IMG/VR virus record: IMGVR_UViG_2660238507_000002
Location: 1-29,676 of that record
Reading direction: 5' to 3' (one strand)
From: a virus
Taxonomy: Duplodnaviria > Heunggongvirae > Uroviricota > Caudoviricetes
Length of the DNA: 29,676 nt
In this document: positions 9,986 through 18,994 of the stretch, one piece after another
Layout of the letters: every line of letters starts with the position of its first letter
Position numbering within the stretch: position 1 is the first letter of the stretch
Notes under the pieces: generated by a model
Told to the model about the DNA's origin: nothing
Seen by the model: the letters and a program-made list of their open reading frames with translations, nothing else
Database searches by the model: none
Made by a program: the position numbers and the translations under genes

Positions 9986-10432
9986 TCACCCCGCCAACCA
10001 TTGCAGAATCATGTCGCGGGTCATTGCCTCAACATCATCATTTACGCCCAGAAGGCGACGCTCTGCGTAACGGACCTCCGGTCCTTTGCGGCTGACGCGA
10101 TCACGCAGGCCATAATGGTGGACGCGGGCAATGCGCTGCACCTTACCTTCAAACTGCACGCTGGCAGAGTCCTCGCTGGCGGCGGTTTTCAGGTATTTTG
10201 TGGTGCGAAGTTTTGTAAACATCTGCCGTTTGATACGGCCTTTTTTACTGCGTGCTGTTACTCGCCTCGGTTCATAGCTGCTGCCATCAGGATTGCGTTG
10301 CATCCTGATGTTCTGCTGCTGTGTCCGGCGCAGTTCCTGCGCCAGCTGGCGCATCATGCGGCTTCTGGCGGCTGGTTCCAGATTCGCCAGCAAGGCACTC
10401 AGCCAGTCGTCCACCTTCTGCAGTTCAGCCAC
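9986..10432 (-). CDS. S: tail completion protein S
   Basis: 148-aa ORF following R, start overlaps R stop; matches P2 gpS size and position. Confidence 0.8.
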   Translation of the reverse strand: MAELQKVDDWLSALLANLEPAARSRMMRQLAQELRRTQQQNIRMQRNPDGSSYEPRRVTARSKKGRIKRQMFTKLRTTKYLKTAASEDSASVQFEGKVQRIARVHHYGLRDRVSRKGPEVRYAERRLLGVNDDVEAMTRDMILQWLAG

Positions 10433-10877
10433 GTTTCACCGTCCACATTTCTTCAGGTGCATCAGGTTCCGCTATAGCTTCAACGCTCGACACACTACCG
10501 TCAGTGCTGACCAGCACACGCTCCGTCAGTTGCAGGTTCAGGCTGATATCACAGACATCGTTGCGCAGAATATCCACCTCAAAGGTGAATAGTTTTTCCC
10601 GTAACGCCGGGTTATTGATGGCATCGGGCTGGTTATCCCTCAGCCACAGCAAAACCGGGGCCATCAGCAGATTCTGGTCGCCGCTGAAATCCTCAATCAC
10701 CGCGTTCAGGGTGTAACGGTACTCCCACGACATGGAGTTGGCCCCCGTGGCAACCAGCGAACCGTTATCCACAAACAGATGCAGTTTGTCCGGGTTATTG
10801 CGGACATAAGGCACCGCTTTATTGAGGGCGTGGCGCAGGGATTGTGGTTTGTTCACTGTTTCGCTCCTGACACGCAA
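10425..10877 (-). CDS. R: tail completion protein R
   Basis: 150-aa ORF after the lysis cassette, as in P2. Confidence 0.8.
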   Translation of the reverse strand: MRVRSETVNKPQSLRHALNKAVPYVRNNPDKLHLFVDNGSLVATGANSMSWEYRYTLNAVIEDFSGDQNLLMAPVLLWLRDNQPDAINNPALREKLFTFEVDILRNDVCDISLNLQLTERVLVSTDGSVSSVEAIAEPDAPEEMWTVKRG

Positions 10878-11109
10878 TAATCATGTCCACTTTGTCTGCA
10901 CAGACCGCCCAGGCGGCCTCCGTTTCATCCAGCAACGCATTCAGATCACCGTTAGTGCGCGGTGCTGCCTGCTCCAGCCGACACGGCGTCACTCGCGGAC
11001 AACCACTGACGGTAAGCTGCACCTCCGGTGAGTGCCGGACGTTCCCGCAGCCGGATAATGTCAGCAGGCAAAGGAGTATCAGCCCAGTGGCGTAAATCCT
11101 CGTTCTCAC
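10819..11109 (-). CDS. lysC: Rz1-like outer-membrane lipoprotein spanin (LysC)
   Basis: 96-aa ORF in alternate frame overlapping lysB 3' end; signal peptide with lipobox LSGC; Pro-rich. Confidence 0.7.
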   Translation of the reverse strand: MRTRIYATGLILLCLLTLSGCGNVRHSPEVQLTVSGCPRVTPCRLEQAAPRTNGDLNALLDETEAAWAVCADKVDMIIACQERNSEQTTIPAPRPQ

Positions 11110-11380
11110 GTTTCAGTTCCTCGATCCGGCGTTGTCGTTGTCTCAGCTGTGCGCTGGTCTGTTCTGCTTCGGCATAGAGCCGCGCCTGCTCCCGGTTATT
11201 GGTTTCAGTCAGAATGGACAGGCTGATAAGCTGGCTGTTGCTCTTTGCCAGTGCCTGGCTTTTGCTCTGCAGCTCGTTTGCCTGCGTGCTGATGGTCTGG
11301 CTGGCATCAGCCAGCCGCCACGTCTGCCAGCCCAGCGCCGCCAGTAATAACGCCAGCACAACCAGCAGCAACCGGTTCAT
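10952..11380 (-). CDS. lysB: Rz-like inner-membrane spanin (LysB)
   Basis: 142-aa ORF with N-terminal TM helix then coiled-coil (Gln/Arg/Glu-rich). Confidence 0.8.
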   Translation of the reverse strand: MNRLLLVVLALLLAALGWQTWRLADASQTISTQANELQSKSQALAKSNSQLISLSILTETNNREQARLYAEAEQTSAQLRQRQRRIEELKRENEDLRHWADTPLPADIIRLRERPALTGGAAYRQWLSASDAVSAGAGSTAH

Positions 11381-11754
11381 GCTGCTACCTGTTGCGCCAT
11401 CTGATTACGGGTGATCCAGAAGGCAATAACGGTCAGCAGATAAAAGACCAGGGTAATAGCCCACCCCGTCCATGCGAGACTTACAACAATCAGCAATCGC
11501 ATCACCCAACAGATAAATACATTTTCTTTTCGGGTAATTGTCTTCAGCAAAGATGCCCTTAACTCCTGCCAGAGCGGGCCATTCTGAATTAACGCAGCCA
11601 GTGCTACCGGAATTACCGCCCATGTCAGCAAACAGGCTACCCAAACGCCGGACGCTGCCAGTACCGGAAAGATCCCCTGCGGATACACCATTGCTGCGAT
11701 TAACAGCGCCATCCATAACATCAGAAACAGTCCGCTGATTAATTTCTTTTTCAT
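11377..11754 (-). CDS. lysA: lysis regulatory membrane protein LysA
   Basis: Multi-TM small ORF between endolysin and lysB; ATG at 11754 (MKKKLISG...) chosen over upstream alternative start at 11826. Confidence 0.65.
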   Translation of the reverse strand: MKKKLISGLFLMLWMALLIAAMVYPQGIFPVLAASGVWVACLLTWAVIPVALAALIQNGPLWQELRASLLKTITRKENVFICWVMRLLIVVSLAWTGWAITLVFYLLTVIAFWITRNQMAQQVAA

Positions 11755-11755
11755 T

Positions 11756-12268
11756 TCAGTTTGCTCCCTGTAAACACCAGGCCATCTCCCGCGCACGGCG
11801 GTTATCCAGCCCCTGATTAAACACACCTTTTACATAAACCCAGCGCGGCAACTGTCGGCACGCATCCGCCCAGCGCCGCTGATTGAGCAATTTCACCAGC
11901 GTGGAACTACAGGCATTGCCCGTCCCCACGTTGAAGGCAAACGACACCGTAGCGTCATACACCTTCTGTGGTGGCTGTTGCTTCACACACCTTTCCAGTG
12001 CCCGCTCCACACGCAGCACGTTGGAGATCAGCCCTTCTGCTGCCTGTCGTTCCGTGATTGTTTTGCCGGGAATGACGCCCGATGTATTACCAATGCCGTC
12101 GGTCCAGACACCCGCGCTGCACTGATACGGCTGCAGACGACAGCCTTCGTAATCGGCAATCAGTTTCAGCCCCTCCACGGAGGTGTGAAGCTGCTGAAAA
12201 CCCGGCAGCGTGGCAGCAATAGCCAGCACGGCCCCGACAAGGCAGCGTTTAACGATTGATGGATTCAT
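11756..12268 (-). CDS. K: endolysin (lysozyme family)
   Basis: 170-aa ORF with N-terminal signal-anchor-like segment and lysozyme-like core (..LKLIADYEGCRLQPYQCSAGVWTDGIGNT..). Confidence 0.85.
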   Translation of the reverse strand: MNPSIVKRCLVGAVLAIAATLPGFQQLHTSVEGLKLIADYEGCRLQPYQCSAGVWTDGIGNTSGVIPGKTITERQAAEGLISNVLRVERALERCVKQQPPQKVYDATVSFAFNVGTGNACSSTLVKLLNQRRWADACRQLPRWVYVKGVFNQGLDNRRAREMAWCLQGAN

Positions 12269-12464
12269 AGTCCTCCCGCGAGATCTGCCCGTCGCGCAGA
12301 AGCTGGTAGGCTTTGTGTTTGTAGTACCAGTTGATAGCCAGCATCAGCACACCAATCATCAGGCCGCCCAGCGTTGAGGCATCCTTGATGGACAAATCGC
12401 CCAGCCAGGCCAGCACGACGGCGATGCAATACGTGATAAAGGCGCTGATTCGCTCAAGCGTCAT
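12249..12464 (-). CDS. putative holin
   Basis: 71-aa ORF with two hydrophobic helices and charged C-terminus immediately upstream of endolysin. Confidence 0.6.
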   Translation of the reverse strand: MTLERISAFITYCIAVVLAWLGDLSIKDASTLGGLMIGVLMLAINWYYKHKAYQLLRDGQISREDYESINR

Positions 12465-12467
12465 AAT

Positions 12468-12671
12468 TCAGTCCCATAGCTGGACGGTCTGCACGGTGGT
12501 GGTGGTCGGTATGTCCGGCAGCTCCACCTGCAGCCCGTGAGGTAAAAAGGGGCCGTATTCGGCAAGCCCCGGATTTGCCTTCAGTACCTGCTCCGTGACA
12601 CCCTGCGTGCGCCCGTAATGACGCCAGCAAAGCGCGTCCACCGTGTCATACTGATACGCACGCACTTTCAT
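12468..12671 (-). CDS. X: tail protein X
   Basis: 67-aa ORF with LysM-like sequence (..YGRTQGVTEQVLKANPGLAEYGPFLPHGLQVELPD..) as P2 gpX. Confidence 0.85.
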   Translation of the reverse strand: MKVRAYQYDTVDALCWRHYGRTQGVTEQVLKANPGLAEYGPFLPHGLQVELPDIPTTTTVQTVQLWD

Positions 12672-13198
12672 CAGATAAGCTCCACTGTGCAGTGCGGCGC
12701 ATCCTGCACCCGGCTGATGGCCCAGCGGGCGTCACGCCACAAATCACCGCTGGCTTCCGCCAGTTCTTCGCCTCGCTTCACACCGGATGCCGTGGCGTCA
12801 TAGTCCTGGTATCGTTCGTTGAGCATGGCGCGTGCCCAGCAGTAAACCGCGTTGAAATAGTGCTGAATGCGCTCACTTTTCCCGTCCAGCTGTTCCGCCG
12901 GAACCTCTGCCAGCGAGGCATACCCCAGCATCTGCTGGCGTCTGCGAAACTCATACAGCTCTGCGTTGACCTCCGAAATTGCCGACAGGGCAACCTGCTT
13001 TAAACGCGGCTGCGTCACCGTGCCGTCAGTGCGCATGACACTGCGAAACTCCGACAGGTCCACATCAGGCCAGAACGGCGTATTTCTGATGATTTCCGCC
13101 TGTTCCGGTGCCTGTTCTGGCGCAACAAACTTCATGCTGCTTTCTCCTGAAATAGAGGGCGGTGGACGGGGTTTTGATGAGGCTGTGCCTTTCGCCAC
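12671..13198 (-). CDS. L: head completion/stabilisation protein L
   Basis: ORF between M and X as in P2; true start may be the internal ATG (MKFVAPEQ...). Confidence 0.7.
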   Translation of the reverse strand: MAKGTASSKPRPPPSISGESSMKFVAPEQAPEQAEIIRNTPFWPDVDLSEFRSVMRTDGTVTQPRLKQVALSAISEVNAELYEFRRRQQMLGYASLAEVPAEQLDGKSERIQHYFNAVYCWARAMLNERYQDYDATASGVKRGEELAEASGDLWRDARWAISRVQDAPHCTVELI

Positions 13199-13230
13199 CC
13201 CGTGCCGCCCGTGCGCGGGGGCACGTTCTG

Positions 13231-13881
13231 TCAGCGGCTGTCATTGCGCAGTCTGCGCTCCAGCTGCTGTTTGTCTTTTTTCACGCCACAGCGGGGATCG
13301 AGCTGTAACGCATGGTTGAGATGATTAAGGGCGGACGCCGGATTGCTTTCACTCAGGACAACGCCAATCGCTTTATGCAGACGCGCCCGTGACTGGTCCG
13401 GCATATCCAGACCGTCTGTCAGCTCCAGCGTCTGCAGCAACAGATCAGCATCAAAGCCGGTGGCGGCAAGCATTGCGCTCTGCGCGGCGTCTGCCATTTC
13501 CTCTGCCAGCACGGTCTGCACGTTGCGGTTACCCAGCGGCATCACCCAGCCATGACGCAGGGCATGACGCCCGATCTCCAGCGCTCCGGCATAATCTCCG
13601 GCATCAATGCGCCACAGCATCACGTACATCAGCACGTCATCCTGTTGAGCGCCTCCGGCAGCCAGGACACCCTCTGCCCAGGCGGCGTACTTCGGCAGCA
13701 GCTCCACCTTGATTTCCGCTTTTTTGACCGTGGACTGAACGCCCTTGAGACGGCGGCGGTCTTCCGCCAGTTGCAGCAGCATCAGGTCATAGCCCGATGC
13801 GTGGCGAACACTGCCGCCCTCGCGGGCGGCCTGTTCAGCCTGAACGCGCAGGCGATGCTGCCGTGCGGGACTCAGGCTCAT
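13231..13881 (-). CDS. M: terminase endonuclease (small) subunit M
   Basis: 216-aa ORF, sequence resembles P2 gpM (..RHASGYDLMLLQLAEDRRRLKG..VLMYVMLWRIDAGDYAGALEIGRHAL..). Confidence 0.8.
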   Translation of the reverse strand: MSLSPARQHRLRVQAEQAAREGGSVRHASGYDLMLLQLAEDRRRLKGVQSTVKKAEIKVELLPKYAAWAEGVLAAGGAQQDDVLMYVMLWRIDAGDYAGALEIGRHALRHGWVMPLGNRNVQTVLAEEMADAAQSAMLAATGFDADLLLQTLELTDGLDMPDQSRARLHKAIGVVLSESNPASALNHLNHALQLDPRCGVKKDKQQLERRLRNDSR

Positions 13882-13884
13882 GGA

Positions 13885-14244
13885 TTACGCTCCTGTTTCG
13901 GCTGCGGCGGCGCTGAAATCACCAATCTGGATGTTTTCCACCAGTGCGGCGCAGCGGTAGTCCTCAACCACATAGGCTTCGTTAACGGATTCAAAGTTTT
14001 CAATCCGGTCACGTTTCGGGTTGTCGATAACTGAACGGCGGCGGGTGTCTTCCTGCCAGTAGATGGACAGGTTATCCAGACGGGTGATCAGCAGCGCATT
14101 CGGCGGGAAGATCTGGTCTTCCAGCGTCTGCTGCACAGACGGCTCCACGGTGAACTTGCTGGACAGTTCTTCAACTGCCACACCGTTCAGACGCGCCAGC
14201 TGCTGCAGGTAAGCGTTAAAAGCAAAGCGGGTATTCTTCTTCAT
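13885..14244 (-). pseudogene. N: major capsid protein N with large in-frame internal deletion
   Basis: Only 119 codons between O and M where a ~357-aa gene is expected; retains gpN-like N-terminus (TRFAFNAYL..KFTVEPSVQQTL) joined to gpN-like C-terminus (LITRLDNLSIYW..NPKRDRIENFESVNEAYVVEDY..GDFS). Confidence 0.75.
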
Positions 14245-14260
14245 CAGGTTTTGTGCTCCA

Positions 14261-15094
14261 TCAGCAATTGGTCAGAGTGTCAGCGGGGGCGTTACCGCCT
14301 GTTGCACGCTGGCGGTAGTCCTGGCGGCTGTCTTCATGGCTCAGCTTGTCCACCAGTTCGTCAAAGGCGGTCAGCTGTGCCTGCAGGGCTGTCTCCAGCT
14401 CAGACAAGCGTTCTTCCTGTTCAGACAGGGATTTTTCGGTGCGCGCACTCAGGTTTTGCTGCTCAGTGGCGACCAGCTCCACGGCCTTATGCACATCAGA
14501 GAACCGGGCATCGTCTGACTGCTCTTTTTTGGTGAACAGCGCCGTGACGCGGGCAAACAGGGACGGTTTGTCGTCCTGGACTTCCTCCAGTTCGATCACC
14601 GTTTCTTCTGCAGCGGTAAAGAGATTGGCAGGATTCTGCTTGCGGTTTGCCAGCGGGTTATGGGCTGCACTGGCGCTGAATGTCAGCATTTCAGTGCCCA
14701 GACTGGCAGGGTCATCAGTGGCAGCCAGGCCGACCAGGTAGGCTTTGCCCGTATCAGCGAACTTCGGGCTGACTTCCATAGAGGTGAATAATTTCTGGCC
14801 TTTTTTCACCAGTTCCACCAGGGACTCCGTTGGCTCAACGTCGGCATACAGCGCCATCTTGCCTGCCAGCGGACCTTCCTTGATTTCTTCAGCAAACAGC
14901 GCCGTCACCTTGCCGTAGCGGTTAAAGGTGCTGTCCGGCAGATAAGACTTGATGTGCTCAAGGTTAATCAGCGCGGTATACACCGCCGGGTTGTAGCTGG
15001 CTGCCATCTGTTCCAGCCATTCACGCTGGATTTCGCGTCCGTCGGTGGTGGCACCTTCCACCCCGATGCGAAAACGCTTTGCTTTCACTGTCAT
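14261..15094 (-). CDS. O: capsid scaffold protein O
   Basis: 277-aa acidic coiled-coil-rich ORF, first gene of leftward late operon. Confidence 0.8.
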   Translation of the reverse strand: MTVKAKRFRIGVEGATTDGREIQREWLEQMAASYNPAVYTALINLEHIKSYLPDSTFNRYGKVTALFAEEIKEGPLAGKMALYADVEPTESLVELVKKGQKLFTSMEVSPKFADTGKAYLVGLAATDDPASLGTEMLTFSASAAHNPLANRKQNPANLFTAAEETVIELEEVQDDKPSLFARVTALFTKKEQSDDARFSDVHKAVELVATEQQNLSARTEKSLSEQEERLSELETALQAQLTAFDELVDKLSHEDSRQDYRQRATGGNAPADTLTNC

Positions 15095-15172
15095 GAGCCG
15101 TGCTCCGTTAGAAAAAACTTACTGGAGCCTTATGGTTGCGGTGATAGGGGCAGTGAAACAATGCGCGGTATT

Positions 15173-15190
15173 TGTACCGACAATCACACA
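15173..15190. promoter_or_regulatory. Ogr/B activator binding site (TGT-N12-ACA) in divergent P/O late-promoter region
   Basis: TGTACCGACAATCACACA in the 142-bp intergenic region between O and P. Confidence 0.5.
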
Positions 15191-15236
15191 AACCGCAGGC
15201 GGGGAAAGCCTTCATTCAAGGCTGTAGGTTTGTGCC

Positions 15237-17003
15237 ATGAACACCACACTGACACCCGCAGATCTCGATCCCCGTCGGCAGGCCATGCTGCTGTACTTTC
15301 AGGGATACCGCGTCGCCCGCATTGCTGAAATGCTGGGCGAGAAAGTTGCAACCGTTCACAGCTGGAAAAAACGCGACAAGTGGGGTGACTATGGGCCGCT
15401 GGATCAGATGCAGCTCACCACCGCCGCACGCTACTGCCAGCTCATTATGAAGGAGCACAAAGAAGGGAAAGATTTCAAAGAGATTGACCTGCTGGCGCGC
15501 CAGTCGGAACGCCACGCGCGGATCGGCAAGTTTAACAATGGCGGCAACGAAGCCGACTTAAACCCTAACGTCGCCAACCGTAACAAAGGCCCGCGCCGTC
15601 AGCCGGAAAAGAATGTTTTCACCGATGAACAGATTGAGAAGCTGGAAGAAATCTTTCATTCCTCCATGTTCAACTACCAGCGCCACTGGTGGGAAGCCGG
15701 AAAAACCAACCGCATCCGCAACCTGCTGAAGTCACGCCAGATCGGCGCGACCTTCTATTTTGCCCGTGAAGCCCTGATTGACGCCCTGCTGACCGGACGT
15801 AACCAGATTTTCCTTTCCGCCAGTAAGGCACAGGCCCACGTCTTTAAGCAGTACATCATCGACTTCGCCAAAGAAGTGGATGTGGAACTGAAAGGCGATC
15901 CGATGGTGCTTCCTAACGGGGCCACGCTTTACTTCCTCGGCACCAATGCCCGCACGGCCCAGAGTTATCACGGCAACCTGTATCTGGATGAATATTTCTG
16001 GATACCGAAATTTCAGGAGCTACGCAAAGTGGCTTCCGGTATGGCTATTCACAAGAAATGGCGGCAGACCTATTTTTCCACACCATCCAGCCTGACCCAC
16101 AGTGCTTATCCGTTCTGGTCCGGTGCGCTGTTCAACCGCGGACGCAACAAAGCCGACAAGGTGGACATCGACCTGTCCCACAACAATCTGGCCCCCGGCC
16201 TGCTGTGCGCTGACGGGCAATACCGCCAGATAGTCACCGTCGAAGATGCGGTGCGCGGCGGCTGTAACCTGTTCGACCTTGACCAGTTGCGCATGGAATA
16301 CAGCCCGGACGAATACCAGAACCTGCTGATGTGCGAGTTTGTGGACGATCTCGCGTCCGTGTTCCCGCTCAGCGAACTACAGGCGTGCATGGTGGACAGC
16401 TGGGAAGTCTGGACCGACTTTCATGCACTGGCGCTGCGCCCGTTTGGCTGGCGCGAAGTGTGGATCGGTTATGACCCGGCAAAAGGTACGCAGAACGGCG
16501 ACAGCGCCGGATGCGTAGTGGTGGCACCGCCAGCCGTGCCGGGCGGTAAGTTCCGCATTCTTGAGCGTCACCAGTGGCGCGGGATGGACTTCCGCGCCCA
16601 GGCTGACGCCATCAAAAAACTGACTGAACAGTACAACGTGACATACATCGGTATCGACTCAACCGGCGTCGGTCACGGGGTTTACGAGAACGTGAAAGCG
16701 TTTTTTCCTGCCGTCCGGGAGTTTGTCTACAACCCCAACGTTAAAAATGCCCTGGTACTCAAGGCCTACGACATTATCAGTCACCGCCGTCTGGAGTTTG
16801 ACGCCGGACACACCGACATAGCGCAGTCATTTATGGCAATCCGTCGCGCCACCACCGCCAGCGGCAACCGCCCGACCTATGAAGCCAGCCGCAGCGAAGA
16901 AGCCAGCCATGCCGATCTGGCGTGGGCAACAATGCACGCACTGTTTAACGAACCGCTGCAGGGCGAGTCCGCCAATACCAGCAATATTGTGGAGATTTTT
17001 TGA
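15237..17003 (+). CDS. P: terminase ATPase (large) subunit P
   Basis: 588-aa ORF; translation resembles P2 gpP. Confidence 0.85.
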   Translation: MNTTLTPADLDPRRQAMLLYFQGYRVARIAEMLGEKVATVHSWKKRDKWGDYGPLDQMQLTTAARYCQLIMKEHKEGKDFKEIDLLARQSERHARIGKFNNGGNEADLNPNVANRNKGPRRQPEKNVFTDEQIEKLEEIFHSSMFNYQRHWWEAGKTNRIRNLLKSRQIGATFYFAREALIDALLTGRNQIFLSASKAQAHVFKQYIIDFAKEVDVELKGDPMVLPNGATLYFLGTNARTAQSYHGNLYLDEYFWIPKFQELRKVASGMAIHKKWRQTYFSTPSSLTHSAYPFWSGALFNRGRNKADKVDIDLSHNNLAPGLLCADGQYRQIVTVEDAVRGGCNLFDLDQLRMEYSPDEYQNLLMCEFVDDLASVFPLSELQACMVDSWEVWTDFHALALRPFGWREVWIGYDPAKGTQNGDSAGCVVVAPPAVPGGKFRILERHQWRGMDFRAQADAIKKLTEQYNVTYIGIDSTGVGHGVYENVKAFFPAVREFVYNPNVKNALVLKAYDIISHRRLEFDAGHTDIAQSFMAIRRATTASGNRPTYEASRSEEASHADLAWATMHALFNEPLQGESANTSNIVEIF

Positions 17004-18028
17004 TGGGAAAGAGTAAGAAGAACCGCGCTGTGTCGACGAACCAGATTCAGCATAAAAGCCAGACTTCAGCCGAAGCATTCAGCTTTGGCGATCCCGTTCC
17101 TGTTCTGGACCGCCGCGAACTGCTGGACTATGTGGAATGCGTACAGACAGATCGCTGGTATGAGCCGCCAGTGAGTTTTGACGGACTGGCGCGAACCTTC
17201 CGCGCTGCCGTGCATCACAGTTCACCAATTGCGGTGAAATGCAACATTCTGACCAGTACCTACATCCCTCACCCGCTTCTCAGCCAGCAGGCTTTTTCAC
17301 GTTTTGTGCAGGACTATCTGGTATTTGGTAACGCATACCTGGAGAAACGCACGAACCGGTTCGGTGAAGTTATCGCCCTTGAGCCTGCTCTGGCAAAATA
17401 CACCCGACGTGGGTTAGACCTGGATACCTACTGGTTTGTGCAATACGGCATGACAACCCAGCCGTATCAGTTCACGAAAGGCAGCATCTTTCATCTGATG
17501 GAACCCGATATCAACCAGGAGATCTACGGCCTGCCCGGTTATCTTTCTGCCATTCCGTCAGCCCTGCTCAACGAGTCCGCCACGCTGTTCCGACGCAAAT
17601 ATTATATTAATGGCAGCCATGCAGGATTCATAATGTACATGACCGATGCCGCTCAGAACCAGGAGGATGTGAACAACCTCCGCAACGCGATGAAAAGCGC
17701 CAAAGGGCCAGGCAACTTCCGCAACCTGTTTATGTACTCGCCTAACGGCAAAAAAGACGGGCTTCAGATCATCCCATTGTCAGAAGTCGCGGCGAAAGAT
17801 GAGTTTTTGAATATCAAAAATGTTAGTCGCGATGACATGATGGCGGCACACCGCGTGCCGCCGCAGATGATGGGGATTATGCCTAATAATGTTGGGGGAT
17901 TTGGGGATGTGGAGAAGGCAAGCAAAGTGTTTGTGCGGAATGAGTTAATGCCATTGCAAAAGAATTTTGAATCACTGAATAACTGGGCTGGAAAAGAAAT
18001 TATTTCATTTAATGACTACTGTTTTTAA
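17000..18028 (+). CDS. Q: portal (capsid vertex) protein Q
   Basis: 342-aa ORF overlapping P stop, as P2 gpQ. Confidence 0.85.
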   Translation: MMGKSKKNRAVSTNQIQHKSQTSAEAFSFGDPVPVLDRRELLDYVECVQTDRWYEPPVSFDGLARTFRAAVHHSSPIAVKCNILTSTYIPHPLLSQQAFSRFVQDYLVFGNAYLEKRTNRFGEVIALEPALAKYTRRGLDLDTYWFVQYGMTTQPYQFTKGSIFHLMEPDINQEIYGLPGYLSAIPSALLNESATLFRRKYYINGSHAGFIMYMTDAAQNQEDVNNLRNAMKSAKGPGNFRNLFMYSPNGKKDGLQIIPLSEVAAKDEFLNIKNVSRDDMMAAHRVPPQMMGIMPNNVGGFGDVEKASKVFVRNELMPLQKNFESLNNWAGKEIISFNDYCF

Positions 18029-18033
18029 GAAAA

Positions 18034-18057
18034 TGCGCATGGAAATTTTCATGCGCA
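18034..18057. terminator. palindromic hairpin between convergent Q and reverse transcriptase genes
   Basis: TGCGCATGGAAA / TTTTCATGCGCA near-perfect palindrome; on the minus strand it is followed by ATTTTCTT. Confidence 0.5.
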
Positions 18058-18063
18058 CACACG

Positions 18064-18993
18064 TTATTCTGATACTACAGGTTGATATCTCTGGATTTCA
18101 TCAATCAGCTCTGATGAATATTTCGCACAAAGCCTATTAATAAATAATGGCTCAACACTTTTGCAATACGATAAATATCCTTGAAGAAATAGCCTTTTCT
18201 TCTCATCAAGAGCCTCCCATTTAAAAATAAGCGATTTAACCATCCTTTTTTTATCTCTCCCTAAGGATACTCCACCATCTGTTGTCAAAGTCACACCCGT
18301 AACCATCATTTTATTTTTCTTTGACATATGCAGTGTCTTTTTTCTATTAATCCATAGTTTTGATGGGTATTTCAAATTTTTTAAATTCGAGCGTAAAAAA
18401 GGTGGTATTTGCTTCAATACATTTTCTTCGTTTGTTGAGAAGTACATATCATCAGCATAGCGTGTATATGTTATACCTTTTGAAAGACAAAATTCATTCA
18501 ATATATGATCTAATTCATAGCATATAGCATTGCTTACCACAGGGGAACTAACAGCACCCATAGTCAGTCTCCCGTTAAAGCATACTATTTTTACCAGCAA
18601 ATCAGTATCATCCTTTGACCAATCATCACTGAAGAAATGCTTGTTGTCGTTTATAAATCTCTCAACATCACTTTTCTTAATTGAATCAAAAAAACCTTCA
18701 AAGTCCATCTTAAGCATAAAACGTTTAGCTTTGTGAATGCTTGCATGTTTGAACACTGATGAACCCTGCTGATATGCTACAGCATTTGGATGAATCGGCA
18801 ATTTCGACAGAACATTATCATGAAGTAATCTCTGCAAAACTTTTAATTCTTTAGAGGGCTGATAGACGATTCTTGTCCCACCGCCTTTTTTAGGTACAGA
18901 AAATTTACCATAATGCGAGTTAGCATCATTTGCAACTTTTAATATAAAATCAGCTTCTAACAGTAAAACTTTAGCTAGATACTCAATTAACAT
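18064..18993 (-). CDS. retron-type reverse transcriptase
   Basis: 309-aa ORF with RT motifs: N-terminal FSVPKKGGGTRIVYQP, motif A KMDFEGFFDSI, motif B GAVSSPVVSNAICY, motif C YTRYADDMYF, and retron-typical VTGV downstream; AT-rich; ATG 1 nt after upstream gene stop. Confidence 0.85.
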   Translation of the reverse strand: MLIEYLAKVLLLEADFILKVANDANSHYGKFSVPKKGGGTRIVYQPSKELKVLQRLLHDNVLSKLPIHPNAVAYQQGSSVFKHASIHKAKRFMLKMDFEGFFDSIKKSDVERFINDNKHFFSDDWSKDDTDLLVKIVCFNGRLTMGAVSSPVVSNAICYELDHILNEFCLSKGITYTRYADDMYFSTNEENVLKQIPPFLRSNLKNLKYPSKLWINRKKTLHMSKKNKMMVTGVTLTTDGGVSLGRDKKRMVKSLIFKWEALDEKKRLFLQGYLSYCKSVEPLFINRLCAKYSSELIDEIQRYQPVVSE

Positions 18994-18994
18994 A

